36,739 bases of DNA from Kiritimatiellia bacterium (GTDB lineage Bacteria; Verrucomicrobiota; Kiritimatiellia; RFP12; UBA1067). Under the pieces are notes generated by a model. It saw only the letters and a list, made by a program, of their open reading frames with translations, searched no databases and was not told the origin of the DNA. Location of the stretch: assembly GCA_017507065.1 (NCBI GenBank), contig JAFWBO010000109.1:1-36739 (forward strand), written 5' to 3'. Made by a program: the position numbers and the translations under genes. Below, one piece after another: positions 17,738 to 26,519 of this stretch (position 1 is its first letter; each line of letters begins with the position of its first letter).

Positions 17738-18919
17738 ATGTCTTCCAACTGCAGAATAGCCCCGCATGTGGCTGAAATTCCGAAAAGCGGCATCCGCCGT
17801 TTCTTCGATATAGTAGCACAGTCGAAAGACGTGATCTCCCTCGGCGTGGGCGAGCCCGATTTCGATACCCCGTGGCATATTTCCCGCGCGGCGGTCACGT
17901 GTCTCGAAAACGGCGGAACGCATTATACGTCGAATCTCGGCACTCCGCGCCTCAGGGCTGCGATAGCCGCGTATCTCAAAAGGCGTTTCGGCGCCGAGTT
18001 CGATCCGTCGAACGAAATTCTCGTCACGGTGGGCGTCTCCGAAGCGATAGATCTGGCTATCCGCGCGCTTGCGTCTCCCGGCGACGAAATACTCTACCAC
18101 GAGCCGTGTTTTGTCAGTTATCCCGCCGCGATACGCCTTGCGCATGCAGTTCCAGTGGCCGTGGAGACGAGGGTGGAGAATGCGTTCCGCCTGACGGTTG
18201 ACGATCTGGAGAAGAAGGTGACGCCGAAGACGAAGGCGCTCCTGCTCAATTTCCCGTGCAATCCCACCGGGGCCGTCCTTTCGCGCGGCGAGATAGAATC
18301 CATTCTCGAATTCGCGCGGCGCCACGACATCGTCGTGCTCGCCGACGAGGTGTATTCCGAGCTCGACTATTCGCTCGCCGACGGAGACACCGACACGGTC
18401 CTCTCTTCGTTCTCTTCGTTTCCGCGTTTCCGCGACAGGGTGGTGCTTCTCAACGGATTCTCGAAAAGCTGGGCGATGACGGGCTACCGTCTCGGCTATG
18501 CCTGCGGGGCTCCTGACATTATCGACGCGATGATGAAGATCCACCAGTACGGAATAATGTCGGCCCCCACTCTCGCGCAGGCCGCGGGCGTGGAGGCGAT
18601 GGACCACGGCGACAAGGATGTCGCGCGGATGCGCGCCGAGTACAGGAAGCGCCGCGATTTTCTCGCAGGCGCTCTCAACGCCGCCGGGTTGAAGACTCTC
18701 GTTCCGGGCGGGGCGTTCTATCTTTTCCCTGATGTGCGCTCCGCCGGCCTTTCGAGCGAAGAGTTCGCCATGAAACTTCTCAAAGAGCACAAGGTGGCGT
18801 GCGTTCCCGGCGTGGCGTTCGGTCCGTGCGGCGAAGGCTTCGTGCGCATGAGCTACGCCACGTCTCTCGACAAGCTCGCCGTAGCCGCGCGCCGCATAGC
18901 CGAGATGGTCGGAGGGTAG
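17738..18919 (+). CDS. PLP-dependent aminotransferase class I/II (aspartate aminotransferase-like)
   Basis: SLGVGEPDFDTP, HYTSNLG, NFPCNPTG, ADEVY, NGFSKSWAMTGYRLGY, GAFY, VPGVAFG. Confidence 0.93.
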   Translation: MSSNCRIAPHVAEIPKSGIRRFFDIVAQSKDVISLGVGEPDFDTPWHISRAAVTCLENGGTHYTSNLGTPRLRAAIAAYLKRRFGAEFDPSNEILVTVGVSEAIDLAIRALASPGDEILYHEPCFVSYPAAIRLAHAVPVAVETRVENAFRLTVDDLEKKVTPKTKALLLNFPCNPTGAVLSRGEIESILEFARRHDIVVLADEVYSELDYSLADGDTDTVLSSFSSFPRFRDRVVLLNGFSKSWAMTGYRLGYACGAPDIIDAMMKIHQYGIMSAPTLAQAAGVEAMDHGDKDVARMRAEYRKRRDFLAGALNAAGLKTLVPGGAFYLFPDVRSAGLSSEEFAMKLLKEHKVACVPGVAFGPCGEGFVRMSYATSLDKLAVAARRIAEMVGG

Positions 18920-18924
18920 GGAGC

Positions 18925-19608
18925 GTGGGACTCGGGATAATACTCGCCGACGACGAACGGTCGGTAAGAGAATCGATAGCGACGCTGCTTTCAGGCGCGG
19001 GATATTCCGTGAGGACGGCGAAAAACGGCGAAATGGCGCTTGCGCTCCACAGAAGCGAGCCGTGCGATCTTTTCGTGCTCGACGTCATGATGCCGGTAAT
19101 GAACGGTTTCGAGGCTTGCACGGCTCTGCGCGCTTCCGGAGACGGAACGCCTGTCGTTTTTCTCACCGCGCTGGACGGTGAAAAAGACGTGGTCGAAGGG
19201 CTCGACACCGGCGGAGACGATTATGTTTCGAAAATTCTTCCGCCGGGCATACTGCTCGCGAGGCTGTCCGCCGTTGCCCGGCGCATACCCGCGAAAGACG
19301 GAGATTTCGGTTTCGGACGATGGAAGGTGTCTCCGCCAAAGGGCGTCATGACGTCTCCAGGCGGCGACACGGTTTCTCTCACCGAAAGGGAGATCTGCAT
19401 GCTGCGCCTTCTCGCATCTTCCCCCGGAAAGATTTTTTCGAGAGACAATCTCGCCGCCCGTTTCTGGGGCATGGATTCGGACGTGTGCGATTCGTCGGTT
19501 TACAAAGCCGTCGACAGATTGCGCCAGAAGTTCGGCAAAGACTCCGGGCTGATCGAGTGCGTTTATTCGATGGGCGTGAGATACGTGCCGGGAGAGACGC
19601 GGAAATGA
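18925..19608 (+). CDS. OmpR/PhoB-family response regulator
   Basis: Probable GTG start at 18925. Receiver domain LADDE, LDVMMP (phospho-Asp), FLTA, DDYVSK; winged helix LTERE..LRLL..VDRLRQK..VYSMG. Confidence 0.85.
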   Translation: MGLGIILADDERSVRESIATLLSGAGYSVRTAKNGEMALALHRSEPCDLFVLDVMMPVMNGFEACTALRASGDGTPVVFLTALDGEKDVVEGLDTGGDDYVSKILPPGILLARLSAVARRIPAKDGDFGFGRWKVSPPKGVMTSPGGDTVSLTEREICMLRLLASSPGKIFSRDNLAARFWGMDSDVCDSSVYKAVDRLRQKFGKDSGLIECVYSMGVRYVPGETRK

Positions 19609-20156
19609 AGATTCTTCTCCATGCCTGTTGCGGTCCGTGCGCCTCTGCGGCTCTGCCCGTTCTTGCCGGTAAGGGCGACGAGGTCGCGATGTTCTATTCC
19701 AACTCGAACATCGACACGGAAGAAGAGTTCGAGAGGCGGCTTGAATCGGCGCGGAGACTCGCCGCGGCCGACGGCGTCGAGATCGTCGCGGACGTCTACG
19801 ACCACGCCGACTGGCTCGAGAAGGTGGCAAAGGGGTTCGAAAACGAGCCGGAGAAGGGCGCGAGGTGCAGGAGATGCTGGGAGTACAGTCTGCGCAGGAC
19901 GGCCGAATATGCCGCATCCCGCGGCTTCGACGCGTTCTCCACGTCGCTCACGACGAGCCCGCACAAGCCTTCGCCGGCCGTGTTCGAGGCGGGAGAGAAA
20001 GCCGGAGCCGGGCGTTTTCTCGCGGTGGACTTCAAGAAGAACGGCGGTTTCCTCGTTTCCACGCGCCGTTCGGCGGAGCTTGCGCTCTACAGACAGAAAT
20101 ACTGCGGCTGCGAATTTTCAAGGCGCGCCCTTCGCGGCGGCCGCGACGGAGGATGA
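19605..20156 (+). CDS. queH: Epoxyqueuosine reductase QueH (DUF208)
   Basis: LLHACCGPC, PEKGARCRRC, SPHK, YRQKYCGCEFS; ATGA overlap. Confidence 0.92.
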   Translation: MKILLHACCGPCASAALPVLAGKGDEVAMFYSNSNIDTEEEFERRLESARRLAAADGVEIVADVYDHADWLEKVAKGFENEPEKGARCRRCWEYSLRRTAEYAASRGFDAFSTSLTTSPHKPSPAVFEAGEKAGAGRFLAVDFKKNGGFLVSTRRSAELALYRQKYCGCEFSRRALRGGRDGG

Positions 20157-20162
20157 AGATAA

Positions 20163-21080
20163 ATGATTAACGCACTGTTCGGCCTTGTCATATGGGTTGC
20201 AAAATTGGTGTTCCTGATCGCAATCGCGACATGGATATACGGGCTCGTTTTCCGCCGTTCTTCCGCCTGTTCGGGCTTTTTCGATTCCGTGGGCCGCGGA
20301 TGTTCCCGCGTGAAGGAGACGCTTTCTTCGCCGGTGATATGCAGGGCGTTCGGGATACCGGTCGTCGTCGATCCGTCGTCGCTTTTCCTCGTGCTTTTGT
20401 TCGTGCTGGATTCCGGGCTGGCCGTCGGTTTCATGCTGGCGCTTCTTCTCGGTGTTTCGATAGTCGTCCACGAGCTCGCCCATTCGCTCGTCGCGAAAGC
20501 CTTCGGATGCAGGATAGCCGAGATAAGGCTTTCGGTGATCGGCGGCTGCGCTTCGGGCGAAATTCCGGAAGAGCCGTGGAAGGAGTTTCTCGTGGCGGCG
20601 GCAGGCCCCGTTTCGAGCTTCGCGCTCGCTTTCGCGGCCGACTTCTGCCTGAATGCGGATGTCTGGAGTTTCCGTGCCGCGATGCTGCTCGGGTATTTCT
20701 ACATCATGAACATGATGCTCGGGCTTTTCAATCTTCTTCCCGGTTTCCCGATGGACGGCGGGCGCATCTTCAGGTGCGTCATGTGCCTATTCGAATCTCG
20801 CGAGAGAGCCACATGGCATGCGATGGCGATCGGCCGCGTCGCGGCTGTGGCGCTTCTTGTCCTGCCGGAGATGGGCGTGAAGAGCATATGGTTCATACCG
20901 ATCGGAGGGAGTTTTCTTATACGGGCTCTCATCGCCTGGATGATATGGCGTGAAGGCAAACGCGAATATCTGATTGCGCGCGACCGCGCGATGTGGAGTT
21001 CGGTGCGTTACACGGCGCGGGTTTCTCCGCCCCCGTACGGCGGAAAAGAGGATGATCTCGATGTTGAAAAGAACCGTTGA
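20163..21080 (+). CDS. M50-family (site-2) intramembrane zinc protease
   Basis: HELAH zinc motif, AAAGP, NLLPGFPMDGG, several membrane segments. Confidence 0.9.
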   Translation: MINALFGLVIWVAKLVFLIAIATWIYGLVFRRSSACSGFFDSVGRGCSRVKETLSSPVICRAFGIPVVVDPSSLFLVLLFVLDSGLAVGFMLALLLGVSIVVHELAHSLVAKAFGCRIAEIRLSVIGGCASGEIPEEPWKEFLVAAAGPVSSFALAFAADFCLNADVWSFRAAMLLGYFYIMNMMLGLFNLLPGFPMDGGRIFRCVMCLFESRERATWHAMAIGRVAAVALLVLPEMGVKSIWFIPIGGSFLIRALIAWMIWREGKREYLIARDRAMWSSVRYTARVSPPPYGGKEDDLDVEKNR

Positions 21081-22473
21081 TTTTCTGTCCGCCGCCGCCG
21101 TGATCGCGGCGCTCCCGGTTTTCGCTTCCGGCGCGGAGCTTTCCGACAGGGAGATATGGAATCTCGGCGTGGAAGAATACCGTTCCGGCGATTTTTCCAA
21201 CGCCGTGCAGACGCTCGGCCGTCTTGAAAGCTCCAGGACGCACAGGACGAGAGCCGCCGAGCTTCTCGCAAGGATATACCACGACCGCGCACACGATCCC
21301 GCCGCTTCCGGCAACGCGCTCGAATATCTCGAAGAGGCTTCCCGCTATGCGCAAATCGCGTTGCGCTCCAATCCTTCCGGCGAAAAAGAACGCAGGAATT
21401 TCGCGCGCGCGATCGGCGGCGTGGAGGAATTGCGCGAGACGAAAAGGATAAACGGCATAATGGAACGTCTCGGCGGCAGAGACCCCGGCTCGCTTCTCAG
21501 AGGCGCTCTCGCAGATGTCAGAAACGTCCTCGAAGAAACGGCGGCATATGCGACAAACTCCGCCGAAAAGGCCGTGGAGGACGCGGACAGGCTCTCGAAG
21601 CGGCTCTCGGGGATCGCCGACGTGTGGGTGGCCGTCAACAAAGCGATCGTCGCCGCCGTCACGAACGCCGAAGACGCCGCAACCATATCCGACCGTCTCG
21701 AACAGGCTGCGAAAAACACCGATCTTGCGCGCCGTCTTGTCGGAGATATCGAAGAGGGGGCGTATTCCGCCGTGGCGGACGTCGAGAGCGACGTGAACCG
21801 CTTTTTCAAAATGACGGCTCTTCCGCCCGACGCTCTCGCGGAAGGATTCATCGCGCAATCCAACGCCTGGCAGGACGTGGCGGCGTTGAACGGCCGCGCA
21901 TGGCAGCGGGAAGCGCTCGATTTCACGCGCGCGTTCCGGGCGAAATTCCCGGCGTGGGCGAAAAATTACGAAGAACGAGCGGCGGCAGACACGAACATGC
22001 CGCCTTTCACGGCCCAGACGCAGTCGGAGATATCGGCGCTTTCCACCGAGCTCGAAAAAATACAGATAGAATGCGCCGCTGCCCCTCTGCCGCCAGAACA
22101 GGAGAAAGCGCTCGACATTCTTGCGAAGATAGACGAGTTGATGCCCAAAGAGAAGAATGGCGGAGGCAAAAGCGGAGCGCCGCAGGGAGGACGCGGCGCG
22201 GCTTCCTCCGGAGAGAAGAACAAAGAGCAGGGCAAGGACGACGGGCAGGGCGACGACGCCCCGCGAGCCGGGGAAAACGACGGCGGAAATCAGAAACCTC
22301 AGGAAGACGGGCAATCCGGCAAGGATGCCGGCGGAGAGCGCGAAGAGCCGCCGACCGACAGGGAGGTAGAGGCGATTTTGCAGAAGGCGAAGGAACGTAC
22401 AGACGAGTACGAATCCGAAAAAAAAGCGAGGATGCGCAAGGCGCGTCTGTCGCCGGGCGAAAGGGACTGGTAG
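21061..22473 (+). CDS. Hypothetical exported helical/TPR-like protein with low-complexity linker and C-terminal xDW (BatC-like)
   Basis: Signal-like N-terminus, TPR-like WNLGVEEYRSGDFSNAV, G/D/Q-rich linker, ends ERDW. Start uncertain. Confidence 0.65.
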   Translation: MLKRTVDFLSAAAVIAALPVFASGAELSDREIWNLGVEEYRSGDFSNAVQTLGRLESSRTHRTRAAELLARIYHDRAHDPAASGNALEYLEEASRYAQIALRSNPSGEKERRNFARAIGGVEELRETKRINGIMERLGGRDPGSLLRGALADVRNVLEETAAYATNSAEKAVEDADRLSKRLSGIADVWVAVNKAIVAAVTNAEDAATISDRLEQAAKNTDLARRLVGDIEEGAYSAVADVESDVNRFFKMTALPPDALAEGFIAQSNAWQDVAALNGRAWQREALDFTRAFRAKFPAWAKNYEERAAADTNMPPFTAQTQSEISALSTELEKIQIECAAAPLPPEQEKALDILAKIDELMPKEKNGGGKSGAPQGGRGAASSGEKNKEQGKDDGQGDDAPRAGENDGGNQKPQEDGQSGKDAGGEREEPPTDREVEAILQKAKERTDEYESEKKARMRKARLSPGERDW

Positions 22474-23547
22474 ATGAAGATTGTCGTTGCATGCGGAGGA
22501 ACCGGCGGACATGCGTTTCCCGGGCTCGCCGCCGCGGAGGAGCTCGTCAGGCGCGGGCATGAAGTGACGGTGTGGGAGTCGGGGCGCGACGTGGAATCGA
22601 GCGTGATGCGCGGCTGGAAGGGCTCGATTTTTTCTACCGGCGCCAGGCAGCTTTCGCCGAAAAACGTCTTCGGAATATTAAGTTCGATTCTGCGCTGCCG
22701 CAGGCGTATGAAGAAAGATCCGCCCGCGGCGCTTCTGGCGATGGGCAGCTATTCTTCGCTTCCTCCCGTGCTGGCGGCGAGAGCGTGTTCGGTGCCGGTC
22801 GTTCTCCACGAGGCGAATTCAGTGCCGGGGAGAGCGGTGGATTTCCTCTCGCGCTATGCTTCGAAGGTGGCCGTTTCGTTCGAGAGCGCGTTGAAATGTT
22901 TTCCGTCTGGCAAGGCTGTCCTCACCGGACTTCCTGTGCGGGAGACGATCGGCTCCGGGAAGAAATTCCCGTTCATTCCCGATGGCGCGTTCACCGTTTT
23001 CGTGACCGGCGGCAGCCAGGGGGCCCACGCCGTAAATCTTCTGATGTGCGACGCTCTCGCAATCGTTGCCGAGGAGTTGCGCGCGCGCAATGCGCCGGAA
23101 AAACTTTTTGTGATACATCAGACGGGAGTGAAGGACGAAGCGCTCGTTATGGCGGCGTATGCCAAAGCGGGGATCCCTTCGCGTGTCGTCGCGTTCGAGC
23201 GGGAGATGGCCGACGCCTTTGCTTCGGCCGACATCGTCGTCGCCCGCGCGGGCGCTTCGACGTGCTTCGAGCTGGCCGCCGCCGCGAAGAGCGCGTTTCT
23301 GATTCCGCTTCCCACTGCGCTGCGCAACCACCAGTTCCACAACGCCGAGGCGTTTGCCGCCGCCGGCGCGGCCGATGTAGGCTATCAGGACCGTCTCACG
23401 CCTGAGAGCGTGGCAAGGCACATTCTCCACAGAATGGACAACAGATCTTCTCTTGAAGCCATGTCGGCAAAGATAGCGCGGATGCACCGCGGCGATGCGG
23501 CCGCGCGTCTTGCGGATCTCGTCGAGGAGGCGGCCCATGTACGCTGA
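22474..23547 (+). CDS. murG: UDP-GlcNAc:lipid I GlcNAc transferase
   Basis: GGTGGH, HEANSVPG, GLPVR, GGSQGA, RAGAST, HQFHNA. Confidence 0.93.
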   Translation: MKIVVACGGTGGHAFPGLAAAEELVRRGHEVTVWESGRDVESSVMRGWKGSIFSTGARQLSPKNVFGILSSILRCRRRMKKDPPAALLAMGSYSSLPPVLAARACSVPVVLHEANSVPGRAVDFLSRYASKVAVSFESALKCFPSGKAVLTGLPVRETIGSGKKFPFIPDGAFTVFVTGGSQGAHAVNLLMCDALAIVAEELRARNAPEKLFVIHQTGVKDEALVMAAYAKAGIPSRVVAFEREMADAFASADIVVARAGASTCFELAAAAKSAFLIPLPTALRNHQFHNAEAFAAAGAADVGYQDRLTPESVARHILHRMDNRSSLEAMSAKIARMHRGDAAARLADLVEEAAHVR

Positions 23548-24532
23548 AATACCGTTGTGGGCCGCCGTGCTTTTCGTGGCGGCCGGGCTGGCCGTTCTCG
23601 CGTGGAGCGCCGACAGGTTCGTCGCGGGGTCGGCGGCGCTCGCTAAATGTTTCGGAGTGGCGCCGTTCGTTATCGGCATGGTGGTGATAGGTTTCGGCAC
23701 GAGCGCGCCCGAACTTATAGTGAGCGTGTTTTCCGGGGCGTCGGGGCATTCCGGGCTTTCTCTCGGCAATGCGTACGGGAGCTGCATATTCAACATCGCT
23801 TTCATTCTCGGCGTTGCCGCTCTGATAAAACCGGTGGCCGTCAAGAAGTCGGTTGTGCGCATAGGCGTGCCGCTTCTTGTCGCGATAACGGCTTTTTCGC
23901 GCTTTCTCGTTTCCGGAGACTGTCTTTCGAGAAAGGGCGCGGCGGCGCTTCTTGCCGTTTTCGCCGTGGCGATGCCCTTGTACTGTTTTGCGGATTCCCG
24001 CGCAGGCGGTGGCGGGGACGGGGAAAAGGGTGACGGCGAAGAGATAGAGCCGATGTCTGCCGCTGTTGCGGCGATGTGGGCTGTTGTCGGGCTGGCGGCG
24101 ATGATCGGCTCGAGTCATCTTCTCGTGTGGGGTGCGGTCGACATTGCGAAGGCGCTCGGGGTGAGCGAACTCGTGATAGGGCTTACCGTTGTCGCCATGG
24201 GCACGAGCCTGCCCGAGCTCGCCTCGGCCGTGGCGGCTTCGAGACGCGGCGAGAGCGAGCTTGTCCTCGGCAATGTCATAGGCTCTAACATATTCAACAT
24301 GCTTGCTGTCGTGGGAATCGCGGGCGTGATTTCGCCGATGGAAAAATTCTCGCCGTACGTTGTTGTCCGCGATATGCCGTTTCTTTTCGCATTTTCGCTT
24401 TCGATAGCAGTCTTCGGTTTCAATTTCCGCGACAGAAATTCGCCGGGGCGCATATCGCGGTTCGAGGGCGGCGTCTGGCTTGTTTCGTTTTTTGCCTATA
24501 TGGCGCTGTTGTTCGCGCAGGAAGTTTTTTGA
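23537..24532 (+). CDS. Ca2+/Na+ antiporter (CaCA family, YrbG-like)
   Basis: Two alpha repeats GTSAPEL..GNAYGS and GTSLPEL..GNVIGSNIFN; GGAGG before ATG 23537. Confidence 0.92.
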   Translation: MYAEIPLWAAVLFVAAGLAVLAWSADRFVAGSAALAKCFGVAPFVIGMVVIGFGTSAPELIVSVFSGASGHSGLSLGNAYGSCIFNIAFILGVAALIKPVAVKKSVVRIGVPLLVAITAFSRFLVSGDCLSRKGAAALLAVFAVAMPLYCFADSRAGGGGDGEKGDGEEIEPMSAAVAAMWAVVGLAAMIGSSHLLVWGAVDIAKALGVSELVIGLTVVAMGTSLPELASAVAASRRGESELVLGNVIGSNIFNMLAVVGIAGVISPMEKFSPYVVVRDMPFLFAFSLSIAVFGFNFRDRNSPGRISRFEGGVWLVSFFAYMALLFAQEVF

Positions 24533-24533
24533 T

Positions 24534-24617
24534 TTTTGCAGCGTAGGTCGATGAACAAAGCAAGTGCCGCTGGACTATGGGCATTTACTTTGGTTTTCGT
24601 CTGCCTTTGCCGCAAAA
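24534..24617. other. Long imperfect intergenic hairpin
   Basis: TTTTGC...CAAAG-C-AAGTGCC [loop] GGCATTT-A-CTTTG...GCAAAA; pairing runs along most of the 84 nt with G-U pairs and bulges. Confidence 0.55.
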
Positions 24618-24620
24618 CTC

Positions 24621-24650
24621 TTGCTATTACTGCGGCTTATTTGATATAAT
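24621..24650 (+). promoter_or_regulatory. Putative sigma70 promoter for the purH-exbBD run
   Basis: TTGCTA, 18-nt spacer, TG-A-TATAAT (24642-24650). Confidence 0.65.
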
Positions 24651-24701
24651 ATTGAAAAACCGCGTATCGCGTCCGTAGCGGACGCGGATGGAAGGGCATG
24701 A

Positions 24702-26000
24702 ATGAAAGATCTTAAAGAAGCATACAGGACAATCGAAGCAGACAGTTTCGCGCCGAAAATGGAGATATCGTTCATAGACGGCGAGAAACGTCAGACGCTG
24801 TGCTATGAAAAGGTGACGTGGAACGTCGCCGGCGACGAAAAGGGGCTTAGATACGGGGAGAATCCGGGGCAACAGGCCGCTCTCTACAAGCTGGTGAACG
24901 GCAATCTCGCGCTCGGCGACGTAGAACTCGTCCAGCCCGGGAACTATCTCGCATCCATCCCGGAAATGCTGCAGTCGGGCAAACATCCAGGCAAGACGAA
25001 CATAACCGATACCGACAATGCCCTCAATATTCTCCGCTATCTCATGGAGAAGCCGACGGCGGTCATCGTCAAACACAACAATCCGTGCGGAGTGGCGACG
25101 GGATCGACTCTTGCCGAGGCGTATTTCAGGGCGAACAAGGCCGACCGTCTGGCCGCGTTCGGCGGCGCGATAGCGCTGAACCGCGAATGCGACGTCGAAA
25201 CGGCGAAACTCATCGTCGAGAATTACGCGGAAGTTGTCGTGGCGCCGGATTTCAAGCCGGGCGTGATGGATCTTTTCGCCGCGAAGAAGAATCTTCGGGT
25301 TTTCCGCATCCGCAACATGGCCAGGCTTTCCGATTTCGTGGCCAGGCACGTGATCGATTTCAAGTCGCTGATCGACGGCGGCATAGTCGCGCAGACGTCT
25401 TTCAGCGCAAACGCCCGCAAGAGCGAGGATTTCATGCCTGCGGCCTGCAACAGGAAAATCGTCGACAAGGCGACAGGGAACGTCACGTTCGAAGAGCACC
25501 GGATCGCGCGTCTGCCGACAGAGAAGGAATACGAAGATCTCGTCTTCGGATGGCTCGTCGAGGCCGGCGTCACGTCGAATTCCGTGCTATACGTCAAGGA
25601 CGGAGCGACAGTAGGCATAGGCACGGGCGAGCAGGACCGCGTTGGCGTGGCGGAAATCGCCCGCGACAAGGCCTATACGAAACGGGCCGACTGGATATCA
25701 TGGGAAAAATACGCCAAGCCTTTCAACGATCTCCGGCTCGCGTTCGGCGAGGAAGACGGCGCCAGAAAACAGGCGCAGATCATGGAGCAGACGAAGGCCG
25801 AAAAGGGCGGGCTTCCCGGGTGCGCGATGGTTTCGGATGCGTTCTTCCCGTTCCGCGACGGCGCGGAGGTCGGCATCCGCGAAGGCATAACGTCCATCGT
25901 CCAGCCGGGCGGAGCGATCCGCGACTGGGACGTGATCGACTGCTGCAACGACGCGGGCGTGGCGATGGTGTTCACGGGCCAGCGCAGCTTCAGACACTGA
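24702..26000 (+). CDS. purH: PurH-family AICAR transformylase lacking the usual N-terminal MGS-like IMP cyclohydrolase domain
   Basis: LRYGENPGQQAA at residue ~50, VKHNNPCGVA, AAFGG, SNSV, IGTGEQDRV, SDAFFPFRD, QPGG, FTGQRSFRH. Confidence 0.85.
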   Translation: MKDLKEAYRTIEADSFAPKMEISFIDGEKRQTLCYEKVTWNVAGDEKGLRYGENPGQQAALYKLVNGNLALGDVELVQPGNYLASIPEMLQSGKHPGKTNITDTDNALNILRYLMEKPTAVIVKHNNPCGVATGSTLAEAYFRANKADRLAAFGGAIALNRECDVETAKLIVENYAEVVVAPDFKPGVMDLFAAKKNLRVFRIRNMARLSDFVARHVIDFKSLIDGGIVAQTSFSANARKSEDFMPAACNRKIVDKATGNVTFEEHRIARLPTEKEYEDLVFGWLVEAGVTSNSVLYVKDGATVGIGTGEQDRVGVAEIARDKAYTKRADWISWEKYAKPFNDLRLAFGEEDGARKQAQIMEQTKAEKGGLPGCAMVSDAFFPFRDGAEVGIREGITSIVQPGGAIRDWDVIDCCNDAGVAMVFTGQRSFRH

Positions 26001-26030
26001 AATCGAAAAAAACCAAGGAGTGAAAAACAA

Positions 26031-26519
26031 ATGAATACGATTACGTTCGGACAGGCCTGGAATTACGGCGGTCCGCTGATGTGGGTGCTGGCGGCGTTGT
26101 CGGTGATGGCTCTTGCGACGGCGCTTTATCTCGTCTTCGCGCTTAGGCGCGGCAGTTTCATCCGCTCGGCCATGGAGCGCATAACCGCCGCGAAGGATCC
26201 TGCCGCGGAAGGCTCGCGCATAGCCGCGCGCGCGTATGCATCCGTCGACTGGCTCGCCGACATAGCGGCGATAGCCCCGCTTGTAGGCCTTCTCGGCACG
26301 GTCCTCGGCATGTTCCAGGCTTTCGGGGGCATAGCGGCAGACGTGACAGCCGGCGCGAAGCCGGTCGTTCTCGCGCAAGGCGTCTCGCAGGCGATCGTCA
26401 CGACGATTTTCGGCCTTGTGGTGGCGATACCTTCACAGTTCCTCCACGCGATCTTCCGCCGCCGCGCGATGAAGCTCGTCGCAAAGCTCGAGGAGAAGGC
26501 AGATGAAGTTCTCCGCTGA
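26031..26519 (+). CDS. exbB: MotA/TolQ/ExbB proton-channel protein (short form)
   Basis: GGPLMW, APLVGLLGTVLGM, GVSQAIVTTIFGLVVAIP. Confidence 0.88.
   Translation: MNTITFGQAWNYGGPLMWVLAALSVMALATALYLVFALRRGSFIRSAMERITAAKDPAAEGSRIAARAYASVDWLADIAAIAPLVGLLGTVLGMFQAFGGIAADVTAGAKPVVLAQGVSQAIVTTIFGLVVAIPSQFLHAIFRRRAMKLVAKLEEKADEVLR

Noticed and set aside
24554-24593. Sigma54-like GGCAC/GGCAT-N5-TTG sequences in the hairpin arms
   Set aside because: The invariant -12 GC is missing in both (TTGT and TTGG).
24533-24701. Possible ZMP/ZTP riboswitch upstream of purH
   Set aside because: The conserved GACTGGCG...CGCCTGGGC-type elements are absent, and the predicted leader is only ~45 nt.
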